Shown here: one piece after another, positions 50,401 through 63,307 of the stretch | Layout: every line of letters starts with the position of its first letter | Numbering within the stretch: position 1 is the first letter of the stretch | Assembly (NCBI GenBank): GCA_024679065.1 | Contig: JAGIQG010000021.1 | Span: forward strand, 29,202,001-29,266,000 | Reading direction: 5' to 3' | Origin: Sphyrna mokarran | Lineage: Eukaryota | Length of the DNA stretch: 64,000 nucleotides | Translations under genes and position numbers: made by a program | Notes under the pieces: generated by a model | Told to the model about the DNA's origin: nothing | The model's input: only the letters and a program-made list of their open reading frames with translations | Database searches by the model: none

Positions 50401-51413
50401 TAGGTGGATTTGATTACAGTTCAGAACAATAAACATCTAAATTCAAAACAAATTAAAATTCAAGTTTGACATGAACTGAGATGGAAATAATGTGACATAT
50501 ATGAAGCGAAGCCCAACAGGCCCATGGTTTTAATTTTTTCATCACAGCCCAAGCACTGCTGATTTGCTGGCTGTGTTTCACATTATTTTGGCAGGGCTAC
50601 AGCAGACAGCTGAGTCCAGGAGGCCCACATATTTTATTTTAAAAGACTAACAAAGAGTAGTTCCAAAAACATTTATGGCTGAGTTGATAAACTTTAAACC
50701 AAGGTTGAACAAGATTGAATGGAACAGTCACAATCAATGGTCAATGATCAGAAAACATACAAACACAGGGAATGAGGCCTTGCAGCCTGGCCAGTTTGTT
50801 TCAACATTTCTCCACACAAACAATCTTCTGTTTTTAATTCAGTTTTCTAGCATGCGCACTATTTTGCTTTTATTATTGTGGTCAAGTAAGTTGCCCAGGT
50901 TCCTTTTTCACCAAACTCTGGGTAGTCAGGGCAGCAATTAAGAGAGCAAAGCCATTAAAAGTCAAATGAGGGCAAACTGTTGATATCAATCCCTTGTTGT
51001 CCAGTCTGTTCCAAGACTCACTGACTGGGCAATATGAAGCAAGATTACCATAGCTGTTGTTTTAATTTTCTTTCATCAAATTAGGTCTGCTACAAAGTGC
51101 AAAACCACTTTTATGGATTTTTTTTATTTTAACATAGAAATTTTATGAAGGAGTTGAAGATAATTGGGTACTGGGACTAATAATCTAACAAAACTGGAAC
51201 CAAAATCCAGTGGGGCAGGAAACATTTCATTGTATATGTTTCTGTTTAAAAGGTAGCGGGCAATGTCTTTCAGGGATCAGAGTGACACACTTGGCAATGG
51301 TGCCCAAATCTAGCATAACAGATGATACTCAAGCAGAAATTAGGATGTCTAGTGAATGAATTTTCCACAAGAACAGAATTCAGTCCATTTTAGCACTCTT
51401 CTCTCAGACTTAC

Positions 51414-51471
51414 CCATAGCTTGATCAAGATTCAGGTTATTACTTTTCAGGGCCTCTTCTGCTGGTTCCCT
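51414..51471 (-). CDS. tnrc6c: TNRC6C coding exon (UBA domain, C-part)
   Basis: cag|REPAEEALKSNNLNLDQAM G|gtaag; 58 nt. Confidence 0.95.
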
Positions 51472-52112
51472 CTGTCAAATATATGCAATACTTATTTAAT
51501 AATTAGAATTCAAAATAAAACTTGTTACTGATTATTTGAGACAATATATGTAAATAAGCTACATAGAATAACAAGCATGTTTTTGCTAAGCAAATGCAAA
51601 CTGTTACAGCAGCCAGGAAATTGATTCATCTACTAAAAAGATTACTTTCAGTGTAAAATGTTTGCCCTACATGTGTTCCAGCATATCTAAACATGACTCC
51701 TGCAACAGTTGTTGAGATTCAGCCTGTTTGGGTACTGTCTGACCAAGACATTTGGTTTTCATTTTTAGTGTACTCCTTATTTTTATTGTGTCGACAGCTT
51801 CTAGTCTGCAATTGTATACAATATTCCAAAGAGATTAGAATACTGAGGAACCTGCATGGATATCCATCTAACTGATGTCTGTGTACACCCAGTTCCACAG
51901 AATTATATAATGTAGGCAATATGAGGGCACTCTTTAATAGACAGGAATGGAGTTGGTACAATGCTGTGTACAGGTGCAGGCTAAAATATTACTTATTGCT
52001 CCTTATTTTTATCTGCAAGGATTTTCATCTTTTGAACCAGTGAAATGGGGAATTCCCAGTTTTTAATTGAAAAAGGCCAATGAATTTAAAACCATTAATA
52101 AACACACCTGAT

Positions 52113-52432
52113 CATAGAATCCTGCAGTGCAGGTGGTGGCTATTTGGCCCATTGGGTCTGCACCAACTACAATCTCACTCAGGCCTTATCCCCATAACCC
52201 CATTATTTACCTAGCTAGTCCCCTGACACTAAGGGGCAATTTAGCATAGCCAATCCACCCAAACTATACATCTTTGGACCGTGAGAGGAAACTGGAGTGC
52301 CCAGAGGAAACTCACGCAGACACAGGAATACGTGCAAACACCACACTGACAGTGACCTGAGGCAAGAATCAAACCCAGGTCCCTGTCACTGTGAGGCAGC
52401 AGTGCTGACCACTGTGCTACCATGCCGCCCCT
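52113..52432 (-). mobile_element. HE1-like SINE
   Basis: catagaatcc tail through gacactaaggggcaatttagc to head gcagtgctgaccactgtgctaccatgccgccc. Confidence 0.9.
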
Positions 52433-52619
52433 TAAAACTTTACCATCAGCTTTCATGTCTGCCTGTTGTCTCTCCAGAAACTCAATAACTTGCCTTGACT
52501 TGATTTACATTCTTGGTTTTACTGTTCTTTCCTTATAAATAAATGTACAAATTTATCCCTGTTTATTTAACCTTTCACCAGGATAAACAATTCTTTGCTT
52601 TGCATCATCTCTCAAATCC

Positions 52620-52865
52620 TTCTTAGCACTACTGCCTCACAGCACCAGCAACTCAGATTTGATTCTCAGCTTGGGTCATTGTCTGAACGGAATCTGCACG
52701 TTTGCCCTGTGTCTTTATGGGTTTTCTCCCACAGTCTGAAAGACGTGCTGGCCATGCTAAATTCTCCCTCAGTGTACCCAAGCAGGCCAGAGTGTGGCGA
52801 CTAGAGGATTTTCACAGTAACTACATTGCAATGTTAATGTACATCTACTTGTGACACTAATAAAC
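52620..52865 (+). mobile_element. HE1-like SINE, alternative-tail subfamily
   Basis: ttagcactactgcctcacagcacc head; tail ggattttcacagtaact...cttgtgacactaataaa. Confidence 0.85.
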
Positions 52866-53509
52866 TTCTAACATAATTTTGAAATATTAATAGGCCATCT
52901 CAAAGTGCCCCTTTTCCTTCATTTACCTTTTTCAACACAACAACATAGTAGATCACTACATTTATCTACAATAATTGTGAGCTTTCTTTCCTACCAGCAC
53001 CTCGTATTAGTGTCCCATTTAACATGCAACTGCAGATAGGGATTCCTTACTAGCAAGATGGTTATATAATGCAGTTGCAAATTCAATGAGTACCAAACTT
53101 TGTGCATACATTCATACACTTGAAGAGGAGCTCCATTCAGTGCTTGCAAAACATTTTTGAAAAAGATTGGCTCAAATTTATTAAATGCCATTTGAACATT
53201 TTGAAACTGAAACAGACTGGCATTGGAGTCATAGGTCAGCAGGTATTAAATGGTCTTCTCAGAGAGAAAGTCTTTTGTTGCATTTCACACTTTGACTCCA
53301 TATGTAAGTTTTAAATTACTGGAAAGCTGAAGCTGCTTCTTAACAATGCTCATGACATAATGCAACCATGTCAGCAAAACATGCAAATTTCCTGATTCGA
53401 ATTGCATTCTGCCTCTATTATATTAATTCAGTATCTTTCACAACCTTTAAGCTTTCGTTCACAACATCATTAACTAAATAATTTATAAACACGTGGTACT
53501 CCACCACTG

Positions 53510-55180
53510 GAACATAGGATTTAAAAGGAAAAGACCATTCAGGCCTTTGAGTCCATCTCGCTACTAAATAAGTTTATGGCAAATCTGACTGTGCTCTCAA
53601 TTATACCTCACCGTCTGCCTCTCGCATAACCCTCAACTCCCTTGTCGATCAACAATCTGTTTAACTTGGCCTTAAATAGATTTGACAATGAAACTTGCAC
53701 TGCTTTCAGGAAGATTATTCTCCATGATGATACTTTGACAGAAAATGTTTCTCATTTCCACCTTGTAAGTTAGACCCCTTAAATTAACAGTGCCCATGGT
53801 TCTAATCTCTCCCACAAGTGGAAACATACTCCGGTAGTTATTCTATCAAATTCCCTCAGGATCTTGCATGTTTCAGTAAGATCACCTCTATAGATTCAAT
53901 GTGACCAAACTATAAGATAAACCTCTCATTCCAGAAATGAGTTGTGTGATCTTTTTCTGAATTGTTTCTAATGTAATTATATATTTTCTCAAACAAGCAG
54001 ACCAGACCTGTAAACAGTATTCCAGATGTTGTCTGACCAAGGTCCTATATTGGCTGCAGCAATACTTCTTTACTTTTATATTCCATGCCTCTTGCAAAAT
54101 TATTATTAGCCACATGTAGAGTGAAAAGTGTTGTTTCCTGCATGCTATACAGGCAAAGCATATTGTACATAGGGAAGGAAAGGAGAATGCAGAATGTAGT
54201 GTTACATTCATAGCCAGGATGTAGAGATGGATCAACTTTCTGCGAGGTACGTCCATTCTTCCCTGATGTCTGGTGGTATCAAGGAAGAGGCTATTTTTGA
54301 TTCAGTTGGTACATGATCTCTAACTTTTGTTTCTTATCCCCAAAGGAAGTGGAAGAGAGTATGTCCGTGGAGTCCTTGATTATGCTGGCTGCTTTTCCAA
54401 GGCTGTGGGAAGTGTAGACAGTGTCAATGGATGGGAGGCTACATTGAACGATGGACTGTGCTTCATTCATGACTCTTTGTAGTTTCTTGCAGACGTGTAT
54501 GGAGCATGAACTATACCAAGCTCTGATACAACTGGAAAGAATGCTTTCTACAGTGCATCTGTAGAAGTGGTGAGAGTTGTGTGGACATGCCTTAATCTCC
54601 TGAGAAAGCAGAGGCATTGATGGGCTTTCTTAACTATAGCATCCATGTGGAGGGACCAGAACAAGTTGTTGGTGATCTAGATACCTAAAAACTTGAAGAT
54701 CTCAACATTTCTACTTCATCTCCATTGATGTAGACAGTGGCATGCTCTCCATTATGCTTCCTAACTTCAATGACTATCTCTTCCACAATAAATACCAATA
54801 CTGCATTTGCCTTCCTTAATCAATTACTGTAACTGCATACTAATTTTTGAGATTCACGTTAAAGGACCCCAGATCACATTGTACACAGTTTTGCAACCTC
54901 CCAATTTAAACGCTATACTGCTTTTAATTTTTTTTCTGGCAAAGTTTACACATTCAGATTTTCCCACATTCTACTCTATCTGTCAAATCTTCACCCACTC
55001 ACTTCTATATCCCTTTGAATGCTCACTACATCCTCTTGACAATTTAATTCCCTACCTATCTTGGTATCTGTGGCAAATTTACCTACCTTACATTTGACCC
55101 CTTCATCCAAACCATTAATTTAAGTTGTAAATAGTTGAGGCCCTAGCACCAATTGCTGTGGCACTTCATTTGTTACTGCT
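53510..55180 (-). mobile_element. CR1 fragment interrupted by a Rex-type LINE
   Basis: YRTLVRQHLEYCLQVWS at 53900-54090; CR1 continues at 54790-55180. Confidence 0.75.
54095..54785 (-). mobile_element. Rex1/Babar-like LINE 3' fragment
   Basis: FYRCTVESILSSCIRAWYSSCS...KKLQRVMNEAQSI...LPSIDTVY. Confidence 0.8.
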
Positions 55181-55981
55181 TACATTATATCCTCATAAGT
55201 CTGAAGTTTCCTTAAAGCCAAATACAAATACTCCTTATCTCAGCTATTTTGTAACAGTTGTGAAAATAATTGTTTGTGCTGATGAAAGTTTAGAACAAAG
55301 GGACTGACTCCATGTCAATATTTTACTTTGAGTTGCATTTTCTTCTTGCCACCTGTATATGCACAGTTTTAGTATTTCTCTGTCACGTTTACTGTTTTAC
55401 ACACTTGTGCAACTGAGCTCACTGCATATGACTGACAACATAACAGAATTTCATACTGACGCTGTTAATTTGAAATTTATTCGTTATCAGAAAAAAAACT
55501 TTTGCATCATTTTAGTGCAGAAATTGATAATTTAAAGCAGCAAACCATCAGAAAATGTTGGAGACACTCAGGCAGCATCTTGTGTTGAAGTCTTCAGAGT
55601 TTCCTGTTTCCAAGTTGCAGCATCAACAGAATTTTTCTCCCCTCTTTCGTTAATAGTTAATAAAAACTCTGACTATTATTCAGTATAATTGGGAACAGAT
55701 CCAGTCGTGATGCAAGTGCAGCTATTGAGAACTGTATGTATTTCTTGCCTTCAGACTACATATTTTGGTGCAGATAGTGCATGTGTACTGATGGCCATAT
55801 TGCATTAACAGAAGAAAGTGTTTATTTTGACCTTAGATTTAAACAAGAAAAATTCTGCAATCAAGCTTTAAACTAAAGGTATTTGCAAAATGCAAGAACA
55901 AGTTAATTTATACGCACGAGGCAAGATTTTCTTGTACAAACATTTTTAGAAACCTAACAAATTTAACAAAAACATACTTAC

Positions 55982-56062
55982 AGGGAAGCCCATATCAGTC
56001 AATTGTTTTATCAGGCGGTTCATAAGCCAAGTCTCCTCTTGCTTATTGGATACTTTCATGCC
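55982..56062 (-). CDS. tnrc6c: TNRC6C coding exon (UBA domain, N-part)
   Basis: cag|GMKVSNKQEETWLMNRLIKQLTDMGFP|gtaag; 81 nt; MGF is the UBA motif. Confidence 0.95.
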
Positions 56063-56175
56063 CTGAAAAAGGTAAGCATTTTGTTTAGACTTTTTCCAAT
56101 ATCATTAACTGCAGTCAAACCCTTGGTTCCCACCATTACCGCAAGCTCTGTGGCAAATAAAAAGAAGTTAAGTAC

Positions 56176-56363
56176 CTTTTGATGTACTTTCTTATTGGCA
56201 TTGCCCCAGCCTGAGGAATTGCAGGAAGAATTGCTCTCCTGAGAAGCTGCATTATTCCACATTCCCATCTCTCCTTCATCCTCTTCCCAGTTAGGATGAT
56301 GGCTACTATTCAGGCCAATTTCATCTCCACCACTGACCCAACCTTCTTGCATAGATTTGGAGG
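56176..56363 (-). CDS. tnrc6c: TNRC6C coding exon (GW repeats)
   Basis: cag|CC...SKSMQEGWVSGGDE...SSGWGNANKKVHQK|gtact; 188 nt, phase fits neighbours. Confidence 0.95.
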
Positions 56364-57944
56364 CTGAAATAAAAGATGATGATGTGAGTAAAGAAGCCAA
56401 TATTTTTTGGCAAAAGTAAGTATACAATCAATTTGTTCTTATGCAACTGTGTCATGTTAATTTCAAAGAAAAGTTTAATTCTGCACAATATTATTTTGCA
56501 ATTTTGACGCCCCCTATCAGCTGTGGCACAGCCACCAAACTACGATGTGTAACAATTACATACTATTTCAAAAATAAAAATATAGCAATAATTTTACGAG
56601 TAGTGGGGTTTCTCTCCATACCACCTGAAAAGTTAGCAGGGATGTTCCAAGACTTGATTGGTAGGACTATTGCCCCTCACAGGGAAGCATAGTTTGAAAA
56701 TAAGAGGTCTCCCATTTAAAGTGGAGATTTTTGGTTAACCAATCCTTCATTAATGCTTATTTTACTCCCAACTGGAATGAGCCCCTATTTTGTACATCAA
56801 CCTTTTGTGTAGCACCTCATCAAACGCTTTTGGGAAATCAACTATACTACATCTGCTGGTTCTCTTTTATTTACCCGACTAGTCAGATCCTCAAAATGAA
56901 AACCATCTGACTTATTCTATTCATACTATGTTTTCCTAAGTGCACTGTTAAGACAGTACGCATGTTTGATTCATTACAGTGGCTTTTTTTCTATTTCAAA
57001 GAATCAAGCCTCAAAGTGCTCCATCAGCATTTCTAAGGATACATGGGATAAAGAAAAATAAATACAGCTTTACAAGTATCATGCTACACACAAGAAAAAA
57101 AATCCATCCTTTTGCAACTGTATGCAGTGATAGTCCACAACAATCTTTCAACCTTACATTTACATGAATTCTTAACTGGTTGCATTGGTTAGTACTTGAT
57201 CACCACTTAACCTCGCAACCTTCGATTCTAGTTCTAAAAGGATTATCTTTCTTTGAAGTGTTAATGACAGAGATTTACTGGGAGTCCAGTCTATTTATAA
57301 CCACTAATCTTACAGACGAGAGTACTTTCTACTTGCAGATTGTTAAGGAAGCTCTTGCCCTCAACGCTTTTGTATTCATCATCCAAGTTGAATTACCGAC
57401 TTGGAATCTATATTTTATATTTTAAAAAATTGGCTGAGGCATTTTGTTAGACTATTAAATACGAATTCAGTTCTCGGTGCCTCACTCCCTCCTGCATGAA
57501 AACAATCCAGGGTATACAAGCATAACAACACTCAAATGAGTGAAAATGAAATGCATAAAATAATGGGTTTTGAGTACTGACATTTTCTTTATGCTGTTCA
57601 CCAGCTGAATGGTTGCATTGAATGAAACTGTTCTTCTATTGGAATTTTTCAAATCAAGCACTCAGAAGAATTCAAGTCTCAATGAAATGGCACATTACAC
57701 ATCAAAACCATTGTTTCCAATTTATCTTATTGATCTAATTCACTCCTAAGTAGACTTGTTAAATTTGCTAAATGTTTCAATAACCATGTTATTAATAATA
57801 ATCAGATTTTGCATCTCTCAGATGAGGATATACCAAATTATAGGAATCTTTATTTATAGCAATATTATGTCTCACAATACTTTGATATTTAACATCTTTC
57901 TCACTAAGAATAAAAGATGAATGCCCCAGAACCATTCTGACTAA

Positions 57945-60475
57945 TTAAAAGAATTGTATGTTGCCTTCCTGGTGCAAGGGTCAAGGATGCTTTGGAGTGG
58001 CAGAAGAGCATTCTGGAGGGGGAGGGGGAGCAGCCAACTCTTGTAGTGCACATAGGCACCAACAGTATTAGCAAAAAAATAGGATGAGATCCAACAAGCT
58101 GAATTTAAGGAGAAGTTAAATTAAAAAGTAGGACCTCAGATTGTAATCTCAGAATTGCTACCAGTGCCACCTGCTAGTCGCAGTAGAAATGCCAGGATAG
58201 CTAAGATAAATACTTGGCTTGGGGGATAGTACAAAAGGGAGAGATTCAAATTCCTGAGACATTGGAACTGGTTCTGATGGAAGTTGGACCAGCACAAATT
58301 GGACAGTCTGTAGGGGGATGAGAACTGGTGCAGTAAGTCAGAGCGAAGTAAGTAGGGACAGAAACAAAAAACAGTAAGGGGAAAAGTGGAAGGCAGAGAA
58401 ACTTTAGACAAAAGCGGTCAGAGTAGAGAGACTTTGGAGAACTCAGTGAATGGGTCCAGTAAGGCTAAGAGTGTGCCAGTAAGGCACAGAGTGTGTACAA
58501 AACATGACAGGACAGATGGTCTGAGGTGCGTTTGTTTTAATGCAAGGAATATGATAGGTAAGATTGATGAGCTTAAAGTTTGGTTTACTACATGAAACTA
58601 TGTTGTTGTGGCAATTACAGAGAATTGATGAAAGAAGAGCAGGACGGGCAACTTAGAATTCCAGGATTTAGATGCTTCAGACAAGACACAGGGGGTAATA
58701 ATAGAGGTGGGGTATTGCTTTCCTGATTACGGAGAACGTCAGACGAAGGATACCTTGGTGGGATCATGCAGGGAGGCCGTATAGGTAGAACTCAGGACAG
58801 GAGTGGTGCAATCAGTATTGGAATTGTACTACAGACTTCCCAAAAGTCAGCGTGAAGTGGAAAAACTCATATGACAGTAAATTATGGGAAGATGTAAAAA
58901 CAACAGGACTGTTGTGATGGGCGACTTTAACTTCCCGAACAGACAGGAATTCCTTTAGGGCCAGAGGTTTGGTTGGAGCAAAGTTTGAGAGTATCCAAGA
59001 GCGCTTTTTGAGGCAATATATAGATAATCCAATTTGGGAAGGGGCTATCTTCGCTTCGGTCTGGGAAATGAGCCCGGACAGATGATTGATGTCTCAGTGG
59101 GGGGCAGTTTTGGGAACAATAATCACAATTCTACAAGTTTCAAGATACTTGTAGAAAAGGACAGTAGTAGTCCCAGAGATAAGGTATTAATCTGGGGGAA
59201 GACCACTTCCCCCAGGAAGGAGCTAGAGAATGTAGACTGGGGATGGCTATTTAAGGATGAATCCACATCCGATATGTAGGAGTCTTTTAAAAGTCAGTTG
59301 TTAAATAATTCAGGACAAATATGTCCCTGTAAAAATGAAGGATAAAAATGGCAAGATTCAGGAACCCTGGATGACAAGAAGAGAGACTGTGAGTTTAGTG
59401 AAGGAGGAGGAGGAAATTGAAAACAGATCTTACAAAGATAGCAGAAAAGAGCTTAAACAGGGATGTAGGAGGGCAAAAAGCAGCAATGAAATGTCCTTGC
59501 AGGATTAAGGAGAATGTCCAAGCAGGATTAAGGAGAATTCCCAAGTTTTTTATGATTATATGAGGCCGAAGGAGGTAGCTAAGGAAATGGTATATCCCCA
59601 CTCAAGGACAGCGGAGGGAATTTTTGTGTGGAGCAAAGGCAAATGAGGTCCTTAACGAGTACTTTGCATCAGTATTCAGAAAGTAGAAGGATGTATTGGA
59701 TTGTGAGTGTAGAAAAGAGGATGTTGATATTCTTGAGATAAAAAAAGACGTTGGAAGTTTTGAAAAGGATTAAGGTGGACAAGTCCCCAAGGCCAGATCA
59801 GGTCTATCCCAAAATAGTGACAGGAGTGATGGAAGAAATTGCTGAGGCCTTGGCCAAAATCTTTGTATCCTTTTTAGCCACAGGCGAGGTACCAGAGATT
59901 GGAGAGTAGCTAACATTGTTCCTCTGTTTAAGAAGGACAGAAGAGACAATCTGGGAAATTACAGGCCTGTGAGCCTCACATCAGTGTTGGAGAAATTATT
60001 GGAGAAGATTCTTAGGGACAGGATGTATTCATATCTGGAAGAGAATCAGCTTATTGTGAAGGGGAGCTTGTGTCTCACAAATTTGATTGAGTCCTTTGAG
60101 GAAGTGACAAGAAAAATTGAGTAGGGCAGGGCAGTGGATGTTGTATGTATAGACTTTAGTAAAGTCTTTAATAAGGTTTATCCTCGTGGCAGGCTGATAT
60201 AGAAGCTGAAGTCAAATGGGATCTGAGGTGAGCTGGTAAGATGGATACATAACTTAGGTATAGAAAACAGAGAGTAGCAGTGGAAGGGTATTTTTCTAAC
60301 TGAAGGTCTGTGACAAGCAGACTCCGTAAAAACACTCAAGAGGCACCTGGATAGATCCATGAATAGGCAGAGAATAGAGGGATACAGACCATGTGGAGGC
60401 AAAAAAATGTTAGATTAGAGAGGCATTTGTGTCGGCACAGATTTGGTGGGCCTGCTCCCGTGCTGCACTGTTCTT
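57945..60475 (+). mobile_element. Long decayed CR1 LINE (ORF1 esterase, APE endonuclease, RT, 3' tail; internally deleted)
   Basis: VCCLPGARVKD; VVHIGTNSI; GLRCVCFNARNMIGKIDELK; VMGDFNFP; DKSPRPD; NYRPVSLTSV; DFSKVFNKV. Confidence 0.92.
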
Positions 60476-60909
60476 CGTGCATGCCAAGTAGGATTGAAAG
60501 TCACTTTAAAATGGCCATTTCATAAACTTAGCTGATTCTTAAGAGGTTAAAGAATATTTTCCAGAAAACAGTGAATTAACCTCATCAAATTCAAGTCAAC
60601 ATTTGGATTTTGGTATTTTTTGTTAAGTTTGGCAATTTTAAGTTTACTCATATAAATGAAAACCTTGTAGGATCATAGCATAGAACAACTTATGTACTGC
60701 AACATATATAAACACTATATGCACCCATTTGCAACATTCATACCACAAACCACAATAATGGGCGATTTCAATAGTCTGAACCTATTGTCATCAAAATGCT
60801 ATTAACAACTTCATTTTGGTGATTTATTAGAAGTTAGTGAATTGCATTTCCCGCACCTGACTACAATAACTTACTTATACAAAATAAAAATGTTCTTGTA
60901 TTTTGTTAC

Positions 60910-61116
60910 CTGGTTTGCACATTGCTGGGACAGCAGCTGGAGTATTCCCCCTTCCAAAATTCCCCGTCGACTCCGCAGCATTATCTCCCCAACCTGAACT
61001 GCCATTGGGAGGTTTGCCCCATGCTGAAGTCCCATTATCGACCGTGGTAGATGGAGGTGGCGGCTCACCCCAAGAGTTCTCAACCTTTGTAGGAACACTG
61101 AGTGTTTCTCCCCAGC
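60910..61116 (-). CDS. tnrc6c: TNRC6C/GW182 coding exon (first in window), Ago-binding GW repeats
   Basis: cag|GC TGG GGA GAA...VENSWGEPPPPSTTVDNGTSAWGKPPNGSSGWGD...CKP G|gtaac; 207 nt, phase 1-1; VDNGTSAWGKP is the GW182 Ago-hook motif. Confidence 0.95.
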
Positions 61117-62556
61117 CTGGTAAAATATTAAGGTCCTCAACTTATGAATCCAAATAGACTGCACACAGTCGAAAAGTTCTCCAATTTGATTTCTGATCAT
61201 GCAATTAAAGCTAAATGGCTTTGATGAAAATAATGTACCCCTAACAGTACACATATCAATTAATTAAATATTTAATTTAAACTAAACATGCTCGACAGTC
61301 TGATGGTTCAGCATCTTTAGTTAAGATAACTGAAGAAACTTAAGATAAAGTTGAAGGTCTGATTTGGAACTACTTAAATCTAAGATGTTGGGGCAAAACT
61401 AAGTTGACCTTAGTTTGCTCCTATTTACATTCTCTCAAATGTTCTCCCTGAGTAATCAAGAACAAATATTGAATCATTTTCAAAAAATGCAGTTCTGGTT
61501 GACTTTTAATTTTTCTTGTTGCCTTGATAAATTTCATCCAGTTAGTAAAGTGACTGGTTAACTTGATTTCTTGAGGGAGAAAATGTAGTTTAAGATGAGT
61601 AGACGTTTCAGCCCCTCGAGCCACTCTATCCTTCAATCAGATCTTGATTGATTGGTACCTTAACTCTATTTACCCTACTTAACTCAGCACCTCTTGATAT
61701 TCTTACCTAATTAAAATCTATCGACCTCATACCTAAAACTCCTAAGGAAATTTTCCTCGGATCCAGAATTATAGGGTGGCATTTTACAGTCCCACTGAAG
61801 TAACGGAGTTTTGTTGCTCACTGCAACAAGGCTGTAAAATTTAGTTCACATTTCCTAATTTCTCTTCCAAGTGATTTAGCTCTAATATTAACATTGTGTC
61901 CCTCATATTTGGTTGCCCCAGCAGAGGAAATAGTTTCTCATTTACTTTCAACATCTTAAACAAACTGATCAGGTTATTATGCAATCTTCTATTCTCAAGG
62001 GAATACAAGCATACAAATAAACTTTCTAAACTCTGGCTCTAGTCTAGTGAATTTTGAAGTTTGAAGGTTGATACGAATCAACCTTCAATAAGCCTTGTCT
62101 CTGATCCAAAGTCATGGCTACACTGCATATTTTATATTTATAGTTTTATCAATTATCCATAACATCTCTAAATGTAGTAACTCACATTCAGGTACAGATG
62201 TGTCAGTTTTAGGCTGAAAATGCCATAGCAAATAAAAATCTTACTTAATTTGTAGCGATAAGTGTCTGCACCTTAAATATATCAATAAAGAAAGTTTTTC
62301 ACCTGTAGAGTGATAAGAATGTGGAACTTGGTACCTTTGGAGTGGCTGAAGATAACATTAGGTGCATTTAAGAAAAGTTAAACAAGTATTTAGAAAAGAA
62401 AATGGGAAGAGATCAAGCGGAGTATGAACACCGACACTGGCTGGCGGGACCAACTTGCTTGTTACTATGCCATATATCCTGTGCAATATATGTTATATAA
62501 TATAATGTGCATTGATGTTTAATCTAAAAGAATATTTGACCTTTTGCCTCATACAA

Positions 62557-63307
62557 ATCATTAACATTGTAACTGGTCCAAATGATTTGCTAGTTTCAGT
62601 ACAAGATTTAAACCAATTTAAAACTAAGATTGTTTAGAAACGGTATTAACTAAATAGGTTCTCTTCCAAATGTAATACATTAAATTGTGCCCAAAAGGGA
62701 CTGAAACGGAATTATAGTTAACACTAGAATATCTGAGAAAAGTGGGTGCCCATTAATTTTAACATTTTAAATGCTAGCAAGCACAGAATTGCAGTGTATT
62801 GAACACAAAATGTATTCAGATGTGAAGACAAGGAATCCAATTATTTTTAAATACAATATTTTAAATACATTCAAATTTGAATTCAAGTTATATATTTCTA
62901 TCTTCATTTCTTAAATTTACATCATAGACATCCATGTTAAGCAAAATGAGCACATTTCATGAAAGCACATTTAAACAGTGATTAACCACCAGGGGGCAAA
63001 TGTTTTATTTAAACATGAATACCCCTATTGAATTTTTTTTGTGCTTCTTGGCACTCAGTCTGCTTCATCTTCAATTATATGAAATACTCAACTGATTCAA
63101 ATTTGTTCAGTATTTATTTTTTCATTTTAATGGGCATCCACTTTCCTCAGATATTCTAGTATTAACTATAATTCTCTTTTGAGCACAATTTAATGTACTA
63201 CATTTGAAAGGAAAACTATTTAGTTAATACTGTTCTAAACAATATTAGTTTTAAAATTGGTTCAGATCCTACACTGAAAATTATTTGACCAATTACAATG
63301 TTTTGAT
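62557..63307. repeat. Long foldback inverted repeat (arms about 200-270 bp)
   Basis: gaattatagttaacactagaatatctgagaaaagtgggtgcccattaa pairs with ttaatgggcatccactttcctcagatattctagtattaactataattc; matches continue outward. Confidence 0.92.
62986..62998 (+). promoter_or_regulatory. CTCF-like motif
   Basis: CCACCAGGGGGCA matches the CTCF core consensus CCASYAGRKGGCR; motif match only. Confidence 0.5.

Noticed and set aside
4803-61116. Assignment as TNRC6A or TNRC6B
   Set aside because: [39 protein letters not shown] and [11 protein letters not shown] match my recollection of TNRC6C; a phylogeny would confirm
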